From positions 1 through 63,218 of the IMG/VR virus record IMGVR_UViG_3300010354_000088: a stretch of 63,218 bases of DNA, one strand, 5' to 3'. The stretch is from a virus. Lineage: Duplodnaviria > Caudoviricetes. Positions 43,016 to 53,288 of this stretch are shown here, piece by piece. Positions within the stretch are counted from its first letter, which is position 1. The number at the start of each line of letters is the position of its first letter. Under the pieces are notes generated by a model, which saw only the letters and a program-made list of their open reading frames with translations, was not told the origin of the DNA and ran no database searches. Position numbers and translations under genes: made by a program.

Positions 43016-44092
43016 TTAAAATTGTGAAGGAGCTGCCAATGCATCAAAATCAATTTCTGTAGAAGGAAAACCTCCTCTGCTCTGTGGAATCTTTGGCTCT
43101 GGGTCAAGCTTGTTTAAAAAGTCGTTTTTAGCAAACTCTTTAGAACGTGTTATTTGTTCTCTAATTTTTGCATCACCTTTTGATAGAAAGTATGCAACCT
43201 TTACAAGAGTCTCGTCGCTTTGCAACATCTCAAGAAGTGGTGACAGTCCTTTTTGCTCGTCCGGCGTTACAAGGTATCGAAATTGTTCAGCAAACTCAGA
43301 TTTTTCGCTTTGCGAAATCGGAAGTCCGTTGATATTTTCCAAATTGTTAAAATAACCAAGTGCACCTTTGATTGATTCATCACGAACCTTTGACATCTGC
43401 ACATATTGTTGCTGACGCTCAAAGTTTCTTTGTTTAATCATTTCATCGGCTGCCTTTAGTTTGCGATCCTGATATTCAGTGCGGATCTTTTCTGCTTCAA
43501 TGTCAAGAAGCCCTGATTGATCCATTTTTTTAATTGTGGATTCAATCTTATCATCATCCCATCCATTAGGACGGTTTTCACTTTTACCAAAATTCTGCTT
43601 TAATGAAGTTTTTACAATATCATATGATTGCATTTCTTCAATTTCAGCATAACCTTTCATTGTTTTGTAGAAATCTTCAGGCTTTATACCAGATTCAATA
43701 GCCTTTTGAAACTTTTCTACTTCAGGATGAAGATTAGCTGATGCAGTTTGCTCTTTTCTTACAGTATCATAAAGAGCATCAAGATAATCAACAGCATTAG
43801 ATTCATTAAGATTATTTGGCAGTTCATATCCAAATTCATCATAACGCTGTTTTACCTTTTCAAGATATGATAATGAAACATTTTGATTATTATTTACATT
43901 ATCTACTTGATTGGTATTATTTGTATTTGTAACTGAGGAAACTTGTTGTGTTGGGGTAGATTCATCTAAATTAGGAAGATTAGCTACCATTTGTGCAATA
44001 TCTGCTTCAGCCGATCCTTCTGGAGCAGCAAGCATGTCTAAATTAACTGCTGAATCTACAGCACTTTCTTGTGTTTCTAATTGCTCTGACAT
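43016..44092 (-). CDS. Putative capsid scaffolding protein
   Basis: Acidic, low-complexity N-terminus with coiled coils; directly upstream of the MCP gene. Confidence 0.65.
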   Translation of the reverse strand: MSEQLETQESAVDSAVNLDMLAAPEGSAEADIAQMVANLPNLDESTPTQQVSSVTNTNNTNQVDNVNNNQNVSLSYLEKVKQRYDEFGYELPNNLNESNAVDYLDALYDTVRKEQTASANLHPEVEKFQKAIESGIKPEDFYKTMKGYAEIEEMQSYDIVKTSLKQNFGKSENRPNGWDDDKIESTIKKMDQSGLLDIEAEKIRTEYQDRKLKAADEMIKQRNFERQQQYVQMSKVRDESIKGALGYFNNLENINGLPISQSEKSEFAEQFRYLVTPDEQKGLSPLLEMLQSDETLVKVAYFLSKGDAKIREQITRSKEFAKNDFLNKLDPEPKIPQSRGGFPSTEIDFDALAAPSQF

Positions 44093-44107
44093 ATCTGTGA
44101 TTATTGA

Positions 44108-45298
44108 TTACTTTTTATAATTAATATAAGCTTTAATTCCGTTTGAGCCTACATAGTAAGTTCCATTAGAATCTTCTTTTATATTAAAACGCTCTGGCAT
44201 TTGACTTCCTGTCTCATGAATAAAATAAGCTCCAGTTTGATCTCTCTTTACAGGAAAATTATTTCCTTTATAAAATACAGTTTTAAGATCAGGAGCCGGA
44301 GTTTTAATTTGAGTTCCAGTAACTCCAGCTTCTTGAGGAGTAGTTGTTCTATATTTTTGAAGAGGATAATTAGATTGTGTTTTATCAGATCGAACACCAG
44401 GATTATTTTGAATCTTACGAGTAACATTACCAAATGATCCTTGCATTTTACCAGTATTAGATTCTGGAGATGCAGGTGTTTCACCAGCTTTCATCTCATC
44501 CCATTTTACAGCAGCAGCACCATAAAAATTATTTGAATAATAATCATTATTAGATGATTGATCTAATAATGAAGGAGCTTTATTTGATTTATTTGCTGGA
44601 GAAGGTGTATTTGCAGCAGAAGAATTAACAAAAGAATTATTATAAGATGCAGCCGGAATATTTCCTGAAACATCTTTTCTATTTAAAAATGCTTCTACTG
44701 ATTTAACTTGCTGTTCTGCTAATGCTTTAGCTTGTGGAGATGATTCATCTGTTGTACCTGCATTAATACGAGATCTCATAGAAGCAGAAGTAAGATCTAC
44801 CGTTTGAGTTGGCTCACTTGTAGTTCCAGGTTTTTTAGAAATCATTTCCAAATAAGGATCAGATCCATACTCTTCATCTGTAGTAGTTGCTACAGGAGTA
44901 GATGGCTGATTATATTGATCGTAAAGCTTTTGAAATTCCGGATCAGATTGCCACATAGATGTGTAACTGATATCTCCTTTATTTTTTCCCTCATACACTT
45001 GATTTACATAATCTTTTGTGTATTTAGGTTCTGTAGACTCTGTTGGTTCTGTAGATTCCGTAGAATTTTCTTTCTTCCTTTTTAATGTCAAATTTAAATT
45101 AGAAGATGAACCATAATCTCTTTTAGATTTATCAGGTTGATAATTAACATCACCCGGCTTTGCAGAGCCTCCATCTTTATAAGACATTTTATATTTATCC
45201 CATTCTTTATCAGAATAGAGTCGGCCACCATAGTAATATCCATTACCATATGGTGTTTCTACACGCTCGACTTTGTTCATGTCTATAAACTTGTTCAT
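44108..45298 (-). CDS. Hypothetical low-complexity protein between portal and scaffold
   Basis: 396 aa, Ser/Thr/Pro-rich, with STEPTESTEP and YKDGG motifs. Confidence 0.55.
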   Translation of the reverse strand: MNKFIDMNKVERVETPYGNGYYYGGRLYSDKEWDKYKMSYKDGGSAKPGDVNYQPDKSKRDYGSSSNLNLTLKRKKENSTESTEPTESTEPKYTKDYVNQVYEGKNKGDISYTSMWQSDPEFQKLYDQYNQPSTPVATTTDEEYGSDPYLEMISKKPGTTSEPTQTVDLTSASMRSRINAGTTDESSPQAKALAEQQVKSVEAFLNRKDVSGNIPAASYNNSFVNSSAANTPSPANKSNKAPSLLDQSSNNDYYSNNFYGAAAVKWDEMKAGETPASPESNTGKMQGSFGNVTRKIQNNPGVRSDKTQSNYPLQKYRTTTPQEAGVTGTQIKTPAPDLKTVFYKGNNFPVKRDQTGAYFIHETGSQMPERFNIKEDSNGTYYVGSNGIKAYINYKK

Positions 45299-45313
45299 TT
45301 CTTTGAAGGTTTA

Positions 45314-45345
45314 CAAAAATAGTCTAATATGGTAAAATTAAACAA
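45314..45345 (-). promoter_or_regulatory. Bacteroidota-type promoter (TTG-21 nt-TATTTTTG)
   Basis: -7 element TAnnTTTG at 45314-45321 and TTG at 45343-45345, in the portal/44108 intergenic gap. Confidence 0.45.
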
Positions 45346-45357
45346 TTTTTATTAATA

Positions 45358-47895
45358 TCAATTTTTAGCCCGTTTTTTAATATTTGTACCCTTATTGCTG
45401 CTGGAAATATTTTTTGCACCTCCAGATGAATCATCACTTTCTTTGGCATTATTTTGAGCTTCCATCATCATTTTCTTCTGAACAGCATCATACTCCATTA
45501 GGGCTTGAGTGTTTTCACTATTTAAATAAGCCATTTCAACCTGATTGTCCATCTTAATGTCCATCTCTTTAAGATAAGCATTACTATTAATATCCTTATC
45601 TTTAAGAGACATTTCCTGACCCAATCTTTGAGCATCCAACTGAAATCTTTGTTTTTCAAGCTCAAGTCTAGCCCCGTCCATGTCAGTTTTCATCTTTTCT
45701 ACCATAAGCTTAAAATCCTGATCCGCCTTCTGAAGTTCAGCTTGAGCTTGTTGTTGCATTTGAAAATTGTCAGATGCTTTCTTTTCAGCTAAATCTCCAT
45801 ATTTTTCTAAAGAACGCTCCATCTCAGCTAAACTGTCAATAGTGAAAAGCTTTACAAGCTGCTGCAAAGAAACTGTTCCTCGTGCATGCTCTCCGGCAGC
45901 AATTTGCCTAAATTCATTCATCAGACGCTCTTCTTTGCCATTGTCAGACATAAATACTTCATAATCAGCACTATTGATAGTTTCTGCTGGAACATCAAGT
46001 ATTTCTTGAGCCATTTGTCCTAAAACATATTGACCTCTTTTACCTTTTTTCCATGCTATACGACACAAATTAATTAAGCGTTCTAAAACTTTACGTTTAG
46101 CTTGGTCGTGCTGATAAAAGATAATTTCTGTAATTAAAGAGCTTTGGGTAATAGACGCTTCTGTAGTTCCTTTTAAATCATTTGATGTAATAGAACCTAC
46201 ACGTTGTCTTGAAACACCCATAATCTGACCAGCCAATTCCTCTAAATGATTAAGCATCATAGTAAGATATTGAATTGCCGGAGAAACAGTATCGTCAAAG
46301 TTTTGGAACTGATTATATGAAGGTTGACGACCTAATCCTTCTCGTACTGTCTGAATCCATCCAATACCAAGCTTACGCTGATACAACCATTCCTGCATAC
46401 TCATTCCGTCAGGAAGCTGAGATTTATCCATAATAAAACCTCTTACACCAGACAATGCCATCCAAAGTTCTTTATGATAATGAATCAGGTTATAAAGAAT
46501 TTGAATGTCTTTAGCAGCCCAAATAAGAGAATATGGCTTTTTATTTAAGCTATTATGTGCAATACCTACATAAGGAAGCTCTACACGTCCATAGTCATCA
46601 ATACTTCTTAACTGATAAGGCATCTTTTGCATCCTTACAAAAATGTCCTGATCAATAAGCACACCTTCCCAAATATCATTAACATACTTAGCTTCTACTT
46701 CATCTTCAGAACGTGCCTTATCGCCATCATTCATCCAATGAGTATATTTAAGATCTTCAATGTATTTGTTTTTTGACTTCTTGAATTTAAGCTCTCTTGT
46801 AGATTTCCAAACGCAATAACATACCCTGATTTTGTTTGACAAATCTAAAGTACCAGCGTAAAGAGAGTTGTTATTGCAATTATCCGTATTGTAATCAGCA
46901 GGTACACCAAACTGATATGTATTAGGATAATAAGCAAACCTGCCAGAATCATAGAAAGCAAACTGCTTATTTCTAAGTTTCTGCAATTCTTCAGTTTTGA
47001 GTTCAACTTTAAATTCATCAATAATCTGAGGAATAGTCATCCATCGCTCTTCCATAGCCCACTCGCAATCACCTACCCACTCAGCTTCTTCATCATTAGA
47101 ATAATAAAAGTTAAGTGGATTTACACGTCTTACCAATGGATCTTTGTCGCCTGGATGATAATGAACATAATAATATTCTTTATCTACACATATTTTATCT
47201 TCAAATCCATGCTGAAACAAATCTCTGATACGATGCTTGTATATCATGTATTTAAGAGATTTTTCTGCTATAATTTCAATAAAGTCCTGAAATGTATAAT
47301 TATAATACATTTCAATTTTTTGCATCTCCTCATTAGTTATAAGAGAAGCACTATCTAATGGACTCATTGCAAGTTTAAGCTGAGATTCCGCAGCTTCTAA
47401 AGCCATTTCCTGCTCAGGAGTTAACTGTACCTGTTGTTGTGCCGCCTGTTGACGTACACCCATGATTTGTGCTTGAGCCTTTTCTAATTGACGCTTAGCA
47501 GTAGATATCATTTCAGATTTAGCAAAAATCTTTTGCTTTATGATATCTAAATATGCTTTTGTTTTAAGGTCAGCTTTTTTCTGAACATTAATTTGGTCTA
47601 CAGTAAATACTCTAAAGTTAAAAGGACGTTGTGTCTCCTGAGACTTTAAAAGATCTGCTTTTGGGCGAAGAAGAGGTATAAATCTGATTTTAGCCGGATA
47701 CTCATATTTGTCTACTTTACGCAAATAATCATAATCAGCTTCGTTAAATATACCATGGTAAATATCATAACAAAACTTATCCTTCATCTTACGCAGATAA
47801 GTGCTACCAACCATAGTGGTAATACTCCTGACGTTCAACTTACACCATTCAATATCTTTTTGGGAATCAGGAATTAATTGATTAGGTAGTGGCAT
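45358..47895 (-). CDS. Portal protein
   Basis: 845 aa directly after TerL; IMGVSRQRVG motif and C-terminal coiled coil. Confidence 0.88.
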   Translation of the reverse strand: MPLPNQLIPDSQKDIEWCKLNVRSITTMVGSTYLRKMKDKFCYDIYHGIFNEADYDYLRKVDKYEYPAKIRFIPLLRPKADLLKSQETQRPFNFRVFTVDQINVQKKADLKTKAYLDIIKQKIFAKSEMISTAKRQLEKAQAQIMGVRQQAAQQQVQLTPEQEMALEAAESQLKLAMSPLDSASLITNEEMQKIEMYYNYTFQDFIEIIAEKSLKYMIYKHRIRDLFQHGFEDKICVDKEYYYVHYHPGDKDPLVRRVNPLNFYYSNDEEAEWVGDCEWAMEERWMTIPQIIDEFKVELKTEELQKLRNKQFAFYDSGRFAYYPNTYQFGVPADYNTDNCNNNSLYAGTLDLSNKIRVCYCVWKSTRELKFKKSKNKYIEDLKYTHWMNDGDKARSEDEVEAKYVNDIWEGVLIDQDIFVRMQKMPYQLRSIDDYGRVELPYVGIAHNSLNKKPYSLIWAAKDIQILYNLIHYHKELWMALSGVRGFIMDKSQLPDGMSMQEWLYQRKLGIGWIQTVREGLGRQPSYNQFQNFDDTVSPAIQYLTMMLNHLEELAGQIMGVSRQRVGSITSNDLKGTTEASITQSSLITEIIFYQHDQAKRKVLERLINLCRIAWKKGKRGQYVLGQMAQEILDVPAETINSADYEVFMSDNGKEERLMNEFRQIAAGEHARGTVSLQQLVKLFTIDSLAEMERSLEKYGDLAEKKASDNFQMQQQAQAELQKADQDFKLMVEKMKTDMDGARLELEKQRFQLDAQRLGQEMSLKDKDINSNAYLKEMDIKMDNQVEMAYLNSENTQALMEYDAVQKKMMMEAQNNAKESDDSSGGAKNISSSNKGTNIKKRAKN

Positions 47896-47896
47896 A

Positions 47897-49768
47897 TCAG
47901 TTAAAATTTATACTCATTGAACCATTATTACTTGTCTTGTAATGAAAGAACTCCATCTTTTTTTCTGTCTTGGCTTTAACCTGAATATTTAAATCGTCTT
48001 CTTCATGAACAATGCATAAAGCAGAAGAAATAGTTATATCGCAGTTATATCCTTTTTCATCTCTAAAGTTAATGGCTGCTATAATTTGATCTATATCATC
48101 CATCTTCTCTACGTTCTCTTTAATGTATTCTCTATACCTTACAAGCCAGTATTGTTTTGTACTTGGGTCAATACCCCATTTATTATTTACTTTAGAATCT
48201 TTTACGTTAGCATAAGCCACACGAGGTCTTTCTTTTAAAAAATGAGAAAGATTGTTTTGCTCATACCATTTGAATATACCAATATTACTCCACTCAATAA
48301 GATTCGGAGCCATATAATAATACGACAACTTCGCTGTCATTTCATAGAAGTCATCAGCTTTTTTAGGGCGATCCGTGATGCGTGCAATAAATTTTCTGGA
48401 TGTTGAGTTTACGTCCTTGAATGTTTTAAAAACCTGACAAGAACCCTTAGATGAAGAAGTGTTTGCCTCATCTTTATCATACGAATCCGTTGCCGCTTTA
48501 TAAAGGTTTAAATAAACATTACCTGATGGATCTTTTTCAGGATGCTCATATATAATGAACTTGCCAGTTACCTGATTAGCTATCCATTCTATCCCAACGA
48601 TTTTTCCCAGAGTGTCACGAATCCACTCAAGATCGCCCTTTTGTGCTTTATTTAAAAGCTCACGATTATTTCTAATTTGAGCTAGTCTTGAATTTAATCT
48701 TCCAATATCAAACATATTACCGCCTGTACGCATGAAGCATTCTTCAGGTGTAAGTGGCATTTGTGTAATTACCTGAATCCAGTTAGAAGGATCCTTACTT
48801 TGTTTTGCCTTTTCTCTGTTCTTTAAAATGTAATCAATGCTTTCTTCTTTCTTTGAATTACCATCTTCATCAATAACAGCATATTTCCATCCTGGAACAA
48901 AATAACAAACCTTTGTATCTGAAAATCCTTCACCCCATGAATTATCATATGACATCATATCATATGTTTCAGGTTTATAAAAGATCTCTTCAAACTCATC
49001 AGCACCAGAAGCCATTTCACCTCCGGTTCCAATCATAATAGCAAAGCCTGTCTTTACAAAGTTAGCCTCCATAGAAGGCTGTAAATATCTATATGTAGAT
49101 ATAATACCTGGAAATTTTCCCGATTCTTCAAATAATGCAAAGCTCGGAGACTTACCTACAGTAGCCTGTGGATTATTCTTACAAGTGATGTTATATATTT
49201 CAGACATTGTTCCTTTTTTAATGGCATGTCCGTTTTCTATAACCTTATAAGAAGCTTGAACATAGTCAAGACCATCAGGCAATCTTCTTTTGAAAAATTC
49301 AGTGTCTTTAAGAGATGTTAAACCTCTAAGAACCATTCTCATAGTAGCATTTGAATACTTTTCTTCACCAGCAAGTATTAAACTTTGTGAATGAGGAAAG
49401 AAAGTAAACTCTTTACCTACTAATGATGCGGTCTTTTCAGAAAAACCTACCTGACGACGCTTGGCAACACATAAATTCTTTCCGGCATTTCGTGCTTTCT
49501 CTACTTCATGGAAAAATTCATAGTCCATATCAAGAAAGCGTGGTGTAATAAGATCCTTTCGGCCAGTCTTTTTGTCTACACCTCTTATCTTCCAAAAATT
49601 AAGATAGAAATAATGATCACCAGTAATGCGAATACCCCCTACATCATAACCCTCAATACAACGCTTACGTTGCTCTTCCCACCATTCCTTATACTCATAG
49701 GAACGTGGATGAGCACGGCATAAGCCCTCATTAAATACGGGAGAGAAATATTGAGTATTAATAAACAT
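47897..49768 (-). CDS. terL: Terminase large subunit
   Basis: ITGDHYFYLNF, Walker A KRRQVGFS, Walker B LFEESGK, GTGG motif and nuclease ATDSYD; no visible intron or intein. Confidence 0.92.
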   Translation of the reverse strand: MFINTQYFSPVFNEGLCRAHPRSYEYKEWWEEQRKRCIEGYDVGGIRITGDHYFYLNFWKIRGVDKKTGRKDLITPRFLDMDYEFFHEVEKARNAGKNLCVAKRRQVGFSEKTASLVGKEFTFFPHSQSLILAGEEKYSNATMRMVLRGLTSLKDTEFFKRRLPDGLDYVQASYKVIENGHAIKKGTMSEIYNITCKNNPQATVGKSPSFALFEESGKFPGIISTYRYLQPSMEANFVKTGFAIMIGTGGEMASGADEFEEIFYKPETYDMMSYDNSWGEGFSDTKVCYFVPGWKYAVIDEDGNSKKEESIDYILKNREKAKQSKDPSNWIQVITQMPLTPEECFMRTGGNMFDIGRLNSRLAQIRNNRELLNKAQKGDLEWIRDTLGKIVGIEWIANQVTGKFIIYEHPEKDPSGNVYLNLYKAATDSYDKDEANTSSSKGSCQVFKTFKDVNSTSRKFIARITDRPKKADDFYEMTAKLSYYYMAPNLIEWSNIGIFKWYEQNNLSHFLKERPRVAYANVKDSKVNNKWGIDPSTKQYWLVRYREYIKENVEKMDDIDQIIAAINFRDEKGYNCDITISSALCIVHEEDDLNIQVKAKTEKKMEFFHYKTSNNGSMSINFN

Positions 49769-49974
49769 TACTTGCTTTCATCAACTTTTGTAATAATACC
49801 TACATTACAATCAAATCCATTCTTTAATTTACATATTGAATTAAAAAACTGATTGAATTTTTCTTTATCTTTAACCTCTTGTCTTAATCTGGACATCTGG
49901 TACTGATCATCTTCAGAGAAAACTGCTCCGTTTTCAAACTCTATTGATCCGTCTTGTCTTTTAATGTGTTTCAT
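49768..49974 (-). CDS. Hypothetical protein
   Basis: 68 aa, coupled by TAATG overlaps. Confidence 0.55.
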   Translation of the reverse strand: MKHIKRQDGSIEFENGAVFSEDDQYQMSRLRQEVKDKEKFNQFFNSICKLKNGFDCNVGIITKVDESK

Positions 49975-50333
49975 TATTTTCCTTTAATTTCTATAAGCTT
50001 TTCCAATAGTCGGGTTTCCATTTTCTGAATATCTACCCTTAGATTATTTACCTCTTGGAAATTTTTCTGTAATGAAGAATGCAGGCTTTCACGCAAGTCA
50101 TTATGGTTTTTAATCGTATCGTCAATCCTTGAATTGATAATAGTATGTTCTCTTTCCATGTCTTTTATAAGCTTTTTCTGACCGTCCTCAAGAACATCAA
50201 AATTTGCTTTTACCTTTTCAATGTTTCCCTTCATATAGAAGTAAGCACCTACTAAAGATATAAGACCCCCACATATCATAATTACATCAGTGGTTCTGAA
50301 AAGAATGTCATTTGCGTTAACTTGCAGAAACAT
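49974..50333 (-). CDS. Single-TM coiled-coil protein (holin-like candidate)
   Basis: TM segment VIMICGGLISLVGAYFYM followed by a heptad coil. Confidence 0.45.
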   Translation of the reverse strand: MFLQVNANDILFRTTDVIMICGGLISLVGAYFYMKGNIEKVKANFDVLEDGQKKLIKDMEREHTIINSRIDDTIKNHNDLRESLHSSLQKNFQEVNNLRVDIQKMETRLLEKLIEIKGK

Positions 50334-50334
50334 A

Positions 50335-50559
50335 TCACTCAGCTATAATAGGTGATCCATAATTAGTGCCAACATTAGCGTTCTGTGAACGATTAAATGT
50401 TGGACTTCCGAATCCTAAAACACCTCCGCCATTAGGCTTTTGAGTTCGCAATGTTTTTTCTACACAGCAATCAGGTGTAGAAGGACTAATAACACAGCAA
50501 GTATTCCATGTTTTCCAGACAGATGCTGGATTCCAGCGTGATTTAGATACTTTGAACAT
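50335..50559 (-). CDS. Hypothetical small Cys-containing protein
   Basis: 74 aa with two CC pairs; fills the operon gap. Confidence 0.45.
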   Translation of the reverse strand: MFKVSKSRWNPASVWKTWNTCCVISPSTPDCCVEKTLRTQKPNGGGVLGFGSPTFNRSQNANVGTNYGSPIIAE

Positions 50560-50986
50560 TTTCAGTTGTTTTTATAAGTTCCCATTTAAACAATCGAGCC
50601 ACAACTTCCGGTGTGATACCTTCTATCTCTTCTATTTCACTATCGTAAATCTCACAAACTAATACTTCAATCTCTTCATTCATTACCGACATAACTTCTT
50701 CTTCAGCTTTTTTCTTTGCTTCTTCATCCTGAAATTTGTAAACCAATGTGTTATTAACAATTTCAGTAAGTACATCTCCATTGTCATCTTTTTCAGCGTA
50801 CTTGTTAAGTACCTCACGACGAAGTTCATCATAGCTGTTCATTTGCTCCAAAAGAGCATTAATTGATTTAACAATCTTCAGAACAACCTTGCCTGGCATC
50901 TTAATAGACTTTAATTCATTAAGAGTAGGCATTAAATCTGTAAGGATTTCTATATTCTTAATCTTGATCTTTTTTATCTGTGTCAT
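50543..50986 (-). CDS. DUF1617-like protein, paralog 2
   Basis: KIKN...YDELR...KYAEKDDNG pattern. Confidence 0.55.
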   Translation of the reverse strand: MTQIKKIKIKNIEILTDLMPTLNELKSIKMPGKVVLKIVKSINALLEQMNSYDELRREVLNKYAEKDDNGDVLTEIVNNTLVYKFQDEEAKKKAEEEVMSVMNEEIEVLVCEIYDSEIEEIEGITPEVVARLFKWELIKTTENVQSI

Positions 50987-50987
50987 C

Positions 50988-51392
50988 TTATTCTGTTATT
51001 AATTCATTTTTAATTAAGCATTCAAGAGTGTTAGCATCTAAAACAATATCTGCAATGTCATTAAACTGTATAGGATAAACAGTTACTTCTGCTTCTTCAT
51101 TAAGAATTTCTCCTAATACAGTATAAACATCATTTGTAATCTCTTCAGATTCAAACTTGTAATTATTGTTTTCGTCAAACACAGGGCTTCCATTTTCATC
51201 TTTTATGCACTTAGCATTAAGAATAGAAAACCTGAGCTTATCATATTCCTCTCCGGCTTTAATTAAAGGATCAATAGTTTTAATAACCTTGTACATTACT
51301 CTGGTAGGAAGTAAACTTCTTTTCATTTGTACATATGCAGGAATAATCATACTTATTACATCTGCATTTTTTACTTTAATCGTCTTGTTCAT
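50988..51392 (-). CDS. DUF1617-like protein, paralog 1
   Basis: KVKN...YDKLR...KCIKDENG pattern; similar to the neighbouring gene. Confidence 0.55.
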   Translation of the reverse strand: MNKTIKVKNADVISMIIPAYVQMKRSLLPTRVMYKVIKTIDPLIKAGEEYDKLRFSILNAKCIKDENGSPVFDENNNYKFESEEITNDVYTVLGEILNEEAEVTVYPIQFNDIADIVLDANTLECLIKNELITE

Positions 51393-51422
51393 CTATGGTC
51401 TGTTTATTATTTACTTTGAAAA

Positions 51423-51944
51423 TTATCTTTCACAAGGACTTTCAGGTGCATTACATACTCCATTAAATGTTATAGTATGCGTTCCATCATAAGTGGGGCC
51501 TTCAGAACTCATGCATGCTGAAAAAGAACCAGGAGCAATTAGTATATTAAAATTCTGTCTACTTCCAGAACAGTCATAATATGAACCAGTGCCTGTAGTT
51601 GTGTAATTTACAGTAAAACAATAACATACCTGAGAAAGGCTATCGCAATTGTTATTTGCACAAGGCCCGTTATTCACTAAACTGATAATAGGATTTGCAA
51701 CTGATCCGTTAGTAACAACAACAGAATCAGGTTGAGCACAGATACTGTATTGCACAGGATATCTTACAGAAATAGCACTTTCTGTTCCAGTGCAATCTAC
51801 ATATGCAATAGTGCTGTCAGGCTCTGCTATTACTGTATAACAATAACAAGCACCATTACAATCTTTACAAGTGCAACAGTCGGCATTGCTTTGTGATTTT
51901 TGATAAAATGTTGGCCCAGGATTTCCAGGAAAAAAATTTGACAT
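51423..51944 (-). CDS. Cys-rich two-repeat protein
   Basis: 16 Cys in 173 aa; two repeats of CYC[YF]TV...Y.DC[TS]G...C...NG.C. Confidence 0.65.
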   Translation of the reverse strand: MSNFFPGNPGPTFYQKSQSNADCCTCKDCNGACYCYTVIAEPDSTIAYVDCTGTESAISVRYPVQYSICAQPDSVVVTNGSVANPIISLVNNGPCANNNCDSLSQVCYCFTVNYTTTGTGSYYDCSGSRQNFNILIAPGSFSACMSSEGPTYDGTHTITFNGVCNAPESPCER

Positions 51945-51946
51945 GA

Positions 51947-52495
51947 CTATAAAGTTTTAATAGCTTTTAATACTCGGTTGTTTACGGTGTAATTATTTCC
52001 ACCAGCATTGTAAGTTACAAGTTTAACAATATAACTACTACCTGCCGGAACAATTAATGACGCACCAATACTGCTAATGCTTAAACTCAAACTGGAAGGG
52101 ATTCTTGTTACCCTTTGGCTTCCATTAAGAATTACATCGCTTGGATCCTGGCTTACAATAAGAGGATTGGTGTTGTAAGAAATATAATAAGAAAGATCAT
52201 CCGGAGTTGCACTTCCTAATACACAGGTATCAAAAAAGATATCCCACTTACCTTCTGTTAAAACAAAATTTAAGCTGGGAATTACATCTGCCGACGTATT
52301 GTTGTTAGTGTATCCTGTAGTTTGCACAGAAGAAACACTTTGACCGAAATTCTGAACAGCTGTAGTCACTAATGCAAGAAGAGCTGCATATGTAATGCTC
52401 TTATTATCACCAAGAACCGGGCCTTGAGATATTACAAATTTGTCAGTGCTGTTTAATGTGGTAGTCGGCGTCATAGCCGAAATAGGAACTCCCAT
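51947..52495 (-). CDS. Fibre-like virion protein
   Basis: N-terminal ISAM...LNSTDKFVISQG...NKSIT fibre motif and a beta-sandwich-like C-terminus. Confidence 0.55.
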   Translation of the reverse strand: MGVPISAMTPTTTLNSTDKFVISQGPVLGDNKSITYAALLALVTTAVQNFGQSVSSVQTTGYTNNNTSADVIPSLNFVLTEGKWDIFFDTCVLGSATPDDLSYYISYNTNPLIVSQDPSDVILNGSQRVTRIPSSLSLSISSIGASLIVPAGSSYIVKLVTYNAGGNNYTVNNRVLKAIKTL

Positions 52496-52505
52496 TGTCT
52501 ATTGC

Positions 52506-52754
52506 TTATGTGGTTTGTACTGCTATGAAATAACTCGTAGTCAATTCATTTGTGCAGCCCTCAAGCAATATACAATCAAAATTTGAGGAAAAACCTTCAA
52601 GCAATATGGGATCATCTCCTCCTCCTTCAAGCAAAATGCAACAGTCGTCAAAACATTGATCACAGTTCTTGTTGTCGTAAAACAACCCAAGGTCATTCTC
52701 GGCACTTTCACCGAAAATCATCTTTTTACCCCTGTGGTCTTTATTCCAAAACAT
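52506..52754 (-). CDS. Small protein with three ILLEG repeats
   Basis: CCILLEG, DPILLEG, DCILLEG. Confidence 0.55.
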   Translation of the reverse strand: MFWNKDHRGKKMIFGESAENDLGLFYDNKNCDQCFDDCCILLEGGGDDPILLEGFSSNFDCILLEGCTNELTTSYFIAVQTT

Positions 52755-52757
52755 TTT

Positions 52758-53288
52758 CTATCCTTCAAAAAGCTTTGCTTTACCTCCCCCTACTTGATGA
52801 GCATCTTCAACTGATTTGAAAACCTGCTTCTCAAGATCATCCCGTAGCTTTACCAGCTTTGCTGCGTTAACTACTGACTCAGCTACAATATTATGATTTT
52901 TTTCAGTGACTTTCAAATCCTTCCAAAAATTTAAATACTCCTCAACCTTTTCGTCAACACCGTAAAACAACCTCTCCTTGGCACTATATTGAATCTTACC
53001 TATAAATTCAATACAATCACTCACTTCAACAATAGACTCAATCTTCTCCCATTCATTTGCCTTCAATTTAAGCCTGTCAACACATACCATCTGCTTCCTG
53101 TCCAAAGGCAATACATCCGAATAAACACTATTACGGTCATATACCAAATGCAAATAAGTGATGATCTTCTTAAACTCCCCCTCGTCCTTTTTATACTTCT
53201 TCCTTAAAGCAATAAAAGGCCCCGCAGCCTCAGCCTGAGAAGCTAAAAAAACATCCTCATTAAGAGTGTCAAATATTACTTTTGCCAT
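52758..53288 (-). CDS. Hypothetical protein, candidate terminase small subunit
   Basis: 176 aa, helical, with a C-terminal GGGKAKLFEG tail; lies upstream of TerL; function inferred from position. Confidence 0.4.
   Translation of the reverse strand: MAKVIFDTLNEDVFLASQAEAAGPFIALRKKYKKDEGEFKKIITYLHLVYDRNSVYSDVLPLDRKQMVCVDRLKLKANEWEKIESIVEVSDCIEFIGKIQYSAKERLFYGVDEKVEEYLNFWKDLKVTEKNHNIVAESVVNAAKLVKLRDDLEKQVFKSVEDAHQVGGGKAKLFEG

Noticed and set aside
47897-49768. Intron or intein in TerL, MCP or RNAP
   Set aside because: TerL and MCP have ordinary lengths and continuous frames, and I saw no intein or homing-endonuclease motifs.
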